A stretch of DNA of 64,000 nt from positions 558,001 through 622,000 of the forward strand of contig JAUPSS010000012.1 in the NCBI GenBank assembly GCA_040285825.1. Direction: 5' to 3'. The first letter of the stretch is position 1. Each line of letters opens with the position of its first letter. Below are positions 61,546-64,000 of the stretch, one piece after another. The notes beneath the pieces were generated by a model. The model made no database searches, had not been told where the DNA came from, and saw only the letters and a program-made list of their open reading frames with translations. A program made the translations under genes and the position numbers. Source of the stretch: Eukaryota sp. TZLM1-RC (lineage: Eukaryota > Protista > Metamonada: BaSk clade).

Positions 61546-64000
61546 TCACAGGGTTTTTGGTGAAATTTTAAGGTAGGGTTTATTTTTGGAGAAAATAATA
61601 ATAGCATTTGAATCACAAAATACTGTGATGTTGTTGTCGAACTTAAATTGAATTAGTAGGTTTCATTGTATTTTTGACTGATGACGTGATACTCGTTTAT
61701 GAATCAGTTTTATTAATAAACTCAGATTTCTCTCTCTCCTTCGTGTGTTCATCTGCCTAACGGCATCAATAATTATTGGCCCTTCTTATTTCAGATGACT
61801 GTTCCCTCTGTTAACCTGACGTCTCTTTCTTCCATGAAAGTTGAAAGTGTTCTTCTGTTCCTATAGGAGTGAAAGATTTATTCTTCGGTGACTCCTAAGA
61901 AAGAGCTTGTTCCAGCAAGACTCTTGGTCGATTCTTTTCTGTTAGAGTCCCTATCTCTCCAGAAATCCGACGGCTGATCCAGTGACGATGTTCTTCTCAG
62001 ACATCTACAATCTGTCGTATCGTTCGCCATGTACGAAGATTTTTAGTCTGGCTATGTCAGAACTGATGCTTTATGTCCGTATTGGTGACGTCCGAGAACG
62101 TATGTCCTGTTACCTGCGACGTTTTTTTCCAGGTAAAGAGTAGGGCTTCCGGACTGAAGTTGCCAGACATAGCTTTTTCTGAACCGATTTGCCAGAGGAC
62201 TTCTTTTCGTAGGTATCCAACGTTCTCATACCATCGATGCACCGGAGAATTTAACAAACCCCATATCTCCCCTCTATTGAGCCAGTACTGTATTTGTCCT
62301 CAGAAAATGAGAAAAAGTAGTGTTGTTGTCGAACTTAAATTGAATTAGTAGGTTTCATTGTATTTTTGACTGATGACGTGATACTCGTTTATGAATCAGT
62401 TTTATTAATAAACTCAGATTTCTCTCTCTCCTTCGTGTGTTCATCTGCCTAACGGCATCAGTGACGGGCAATTGGTCATTTGATAGAGTTCTCACATTCA
62501 TGCTGCCTACACTGTCTTTGGTCAACGCAGCTGGCATGAACATGTAAGAATCCTGCTGTGCCTTACACAGCCTATATTTGGAATCTCTTAGTTCAAGATA
62601 ACAGGATTGTTGATTTATAAATTGGTCATCAATAAGAACAATGTTGAAATTCTTGGATCGGAATAACTCAGGCTTAAAATATAATTGGAGCATTGTAGTT
62701 AGTGTACAGTTTTTACTACTACTACTAGTGAAAACATCTTCCAAATTATTAAATACAGATTCACAATCAGTTTCACCGTAAAGAAACAGAGTAGCTGCCT
62801 CTAAAGATAGATTTCGGTGGTCTTTCTCCACAACAGTTGCCAATGTAAAACAATCTGAATTATCATCATCTTCATCATGTTGCAACAATAGTCGCGATTG
62901 AGGAATTTTTGATATACTCAGCAACAGTATCATTATCCCAAACCAAATTTCGATCGTCAAAAAGATAACATCTTACTTATGAAGAAAAAAAGACCATATT
63001 CTACCAACTGCTAGTTGCTCATCATCAGACAATGCTTCAAAAACTGTGAGACAGCAAAAATTCTCCCATACTCGTAAAACCATGAATCAAATTGAAGGAC
63101 GGAATCTGGGGATTTTTCAACTAAAGAAATAAATAACTCATGTGTGAGATACTCGCTGGTGGAAAAACGGTTAGCCAAATCATTTCTACCCGAAAAATAA
63201 CAACAACAATATGTCAATAAAAATCCATGCGCTGCAAAAAGTAGACCCGGAATCCTCAGCCAATGCCTGTTGATAGGAAATCAACGAGAGATCCAAACAG
63301 TGTGCTCTCCTGGAATGCAAATTTTGAGCAAAATAACGGAATGTATCCCCTAGAATAGTGAAGAACTGAGAAATTTGACGTTCTTTAACAAAACCTTCAG
63401 GCACATCGTAATCTCCAAATTTTTCAACAATTTTGCCACTGTTGTTAAAAAAATACAAATGGCTTCATCTATAAGTTTTTCAACTTCGAATCCCTCTTTT
63501 GCACAAATTTTCAAAAACGAACATTGAAGCTGACTATATAATAATTCTGAAGGAAGATTTTCGCTAGTACATCGGATTAAAAAATAGAGATCAAAAGCAT
63601 CTTTTGGTTGAATTTTTAATTTTACCTCTTCGATTAAGAAATAACTTTCGAATAACCTTTATAAAAACAGAATGAAACCATGCTTCGCTTCCAGAATCCC
63701 AAAGAAGACGAAAAGCATTCATAATAGTTGATTCGCCAGAGTTGGTTGAAGAAGAACAAATTATTTCAGCAACAGTTCTATTTATACAAAATAGACCTGT
63801 ACCAGCTCCAACAGCAGGGAGAATAATTCTGTTAAAACAAGGCAACTTTTCAAAATTAGAATGAAATCTTTCAGAAGTGAATAAATCAAGGGAAATTGTT
63901 CTGATTTCCCAGTCACCGAAAACAAGACAATAAAATAGAAATAGTCCTTTATCTCGATCGTTCAGTTTCTTCCACATTGAATCGAGCAAACTCTTAACTG
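61546..64000 (-). pseudogene. SAMD9-like subfamily B copy 3 (3' part), interrupted by a TRIM; continues beyond the window
   Basis: Near-identical to 46354-47970 apart from the insertion at 61629-62460. Confidence 0.65.
61629..62460 (+). mobile_element. TRIM (non-autonomous miniature LTR retrotransposon), 832 bp
   Basis: Identical 140-bp LTRs TGTT...ATCA (61629-61768, 62321-62460), GTGA TSD, PPT AGAAAATGAGAAAAAGTAG at 62302-62320, no long ORF; empty sites at ~46433 and ~54817. Confidence 0.95.

Noticed and set aside
61670-61710. Hammerhead ribozyme (retrozyme) in the TRIM LTR, suggested by CTGATGA
   Set aside because: No GAAA after a stem II on either strand; CTGAT instead pairs with downstream ATCAG
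61769-62348. Short ORFs inside the TRIM
   Set aside because: Under 100 aa with no gag or pol motifs

Overview
Gene-dense, apparently intron-poor DNA from a unicellular eukaryote; the organism cannot be named from sequence alone. 1-9.7 kb: a Ty3/Gypsy chromovirus-like LTR retrotransposon abutting a cluster of decayed CRE-like (RLE) non-LTR retrotransposons. 9.8-37.4 kb: ordinary and accessory genes, namely the Prp5/DDX46 helicase, a Ser/Thr kinase, an MLO-like membrane protein, a 3147-aa RCC1-repeat/acidic-repeat/PH protein, a 10-Cys saposin-like secreted peptide, a JTB-like protein and dephospho-CoA kinase. 38-64 kb: a heavily rearranged, segmentally duplicated zone holding four large, frameshifted or interrupted copies (two subfamilies) plus a fragment of a ~1050-1100 aa protein. 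Its motif order (Schlafen/AlbA_2, SIR2-like, degenerate STAND P-loop, TPR, putative OB-like tail) matches the antiviral SAMD9/SAMD9L family and is the best candidate here for an undescribed system. The same zone contains an 832-bp TRIM with identical 140-bp LTRs and a 574-bp MITE, both confirmed by empty sites in paralogous copies inside the window. Many frameshifts sit in homopolymers and may be sequencing errors. All family assignments are by eye from recalled motifs; no searches were run.
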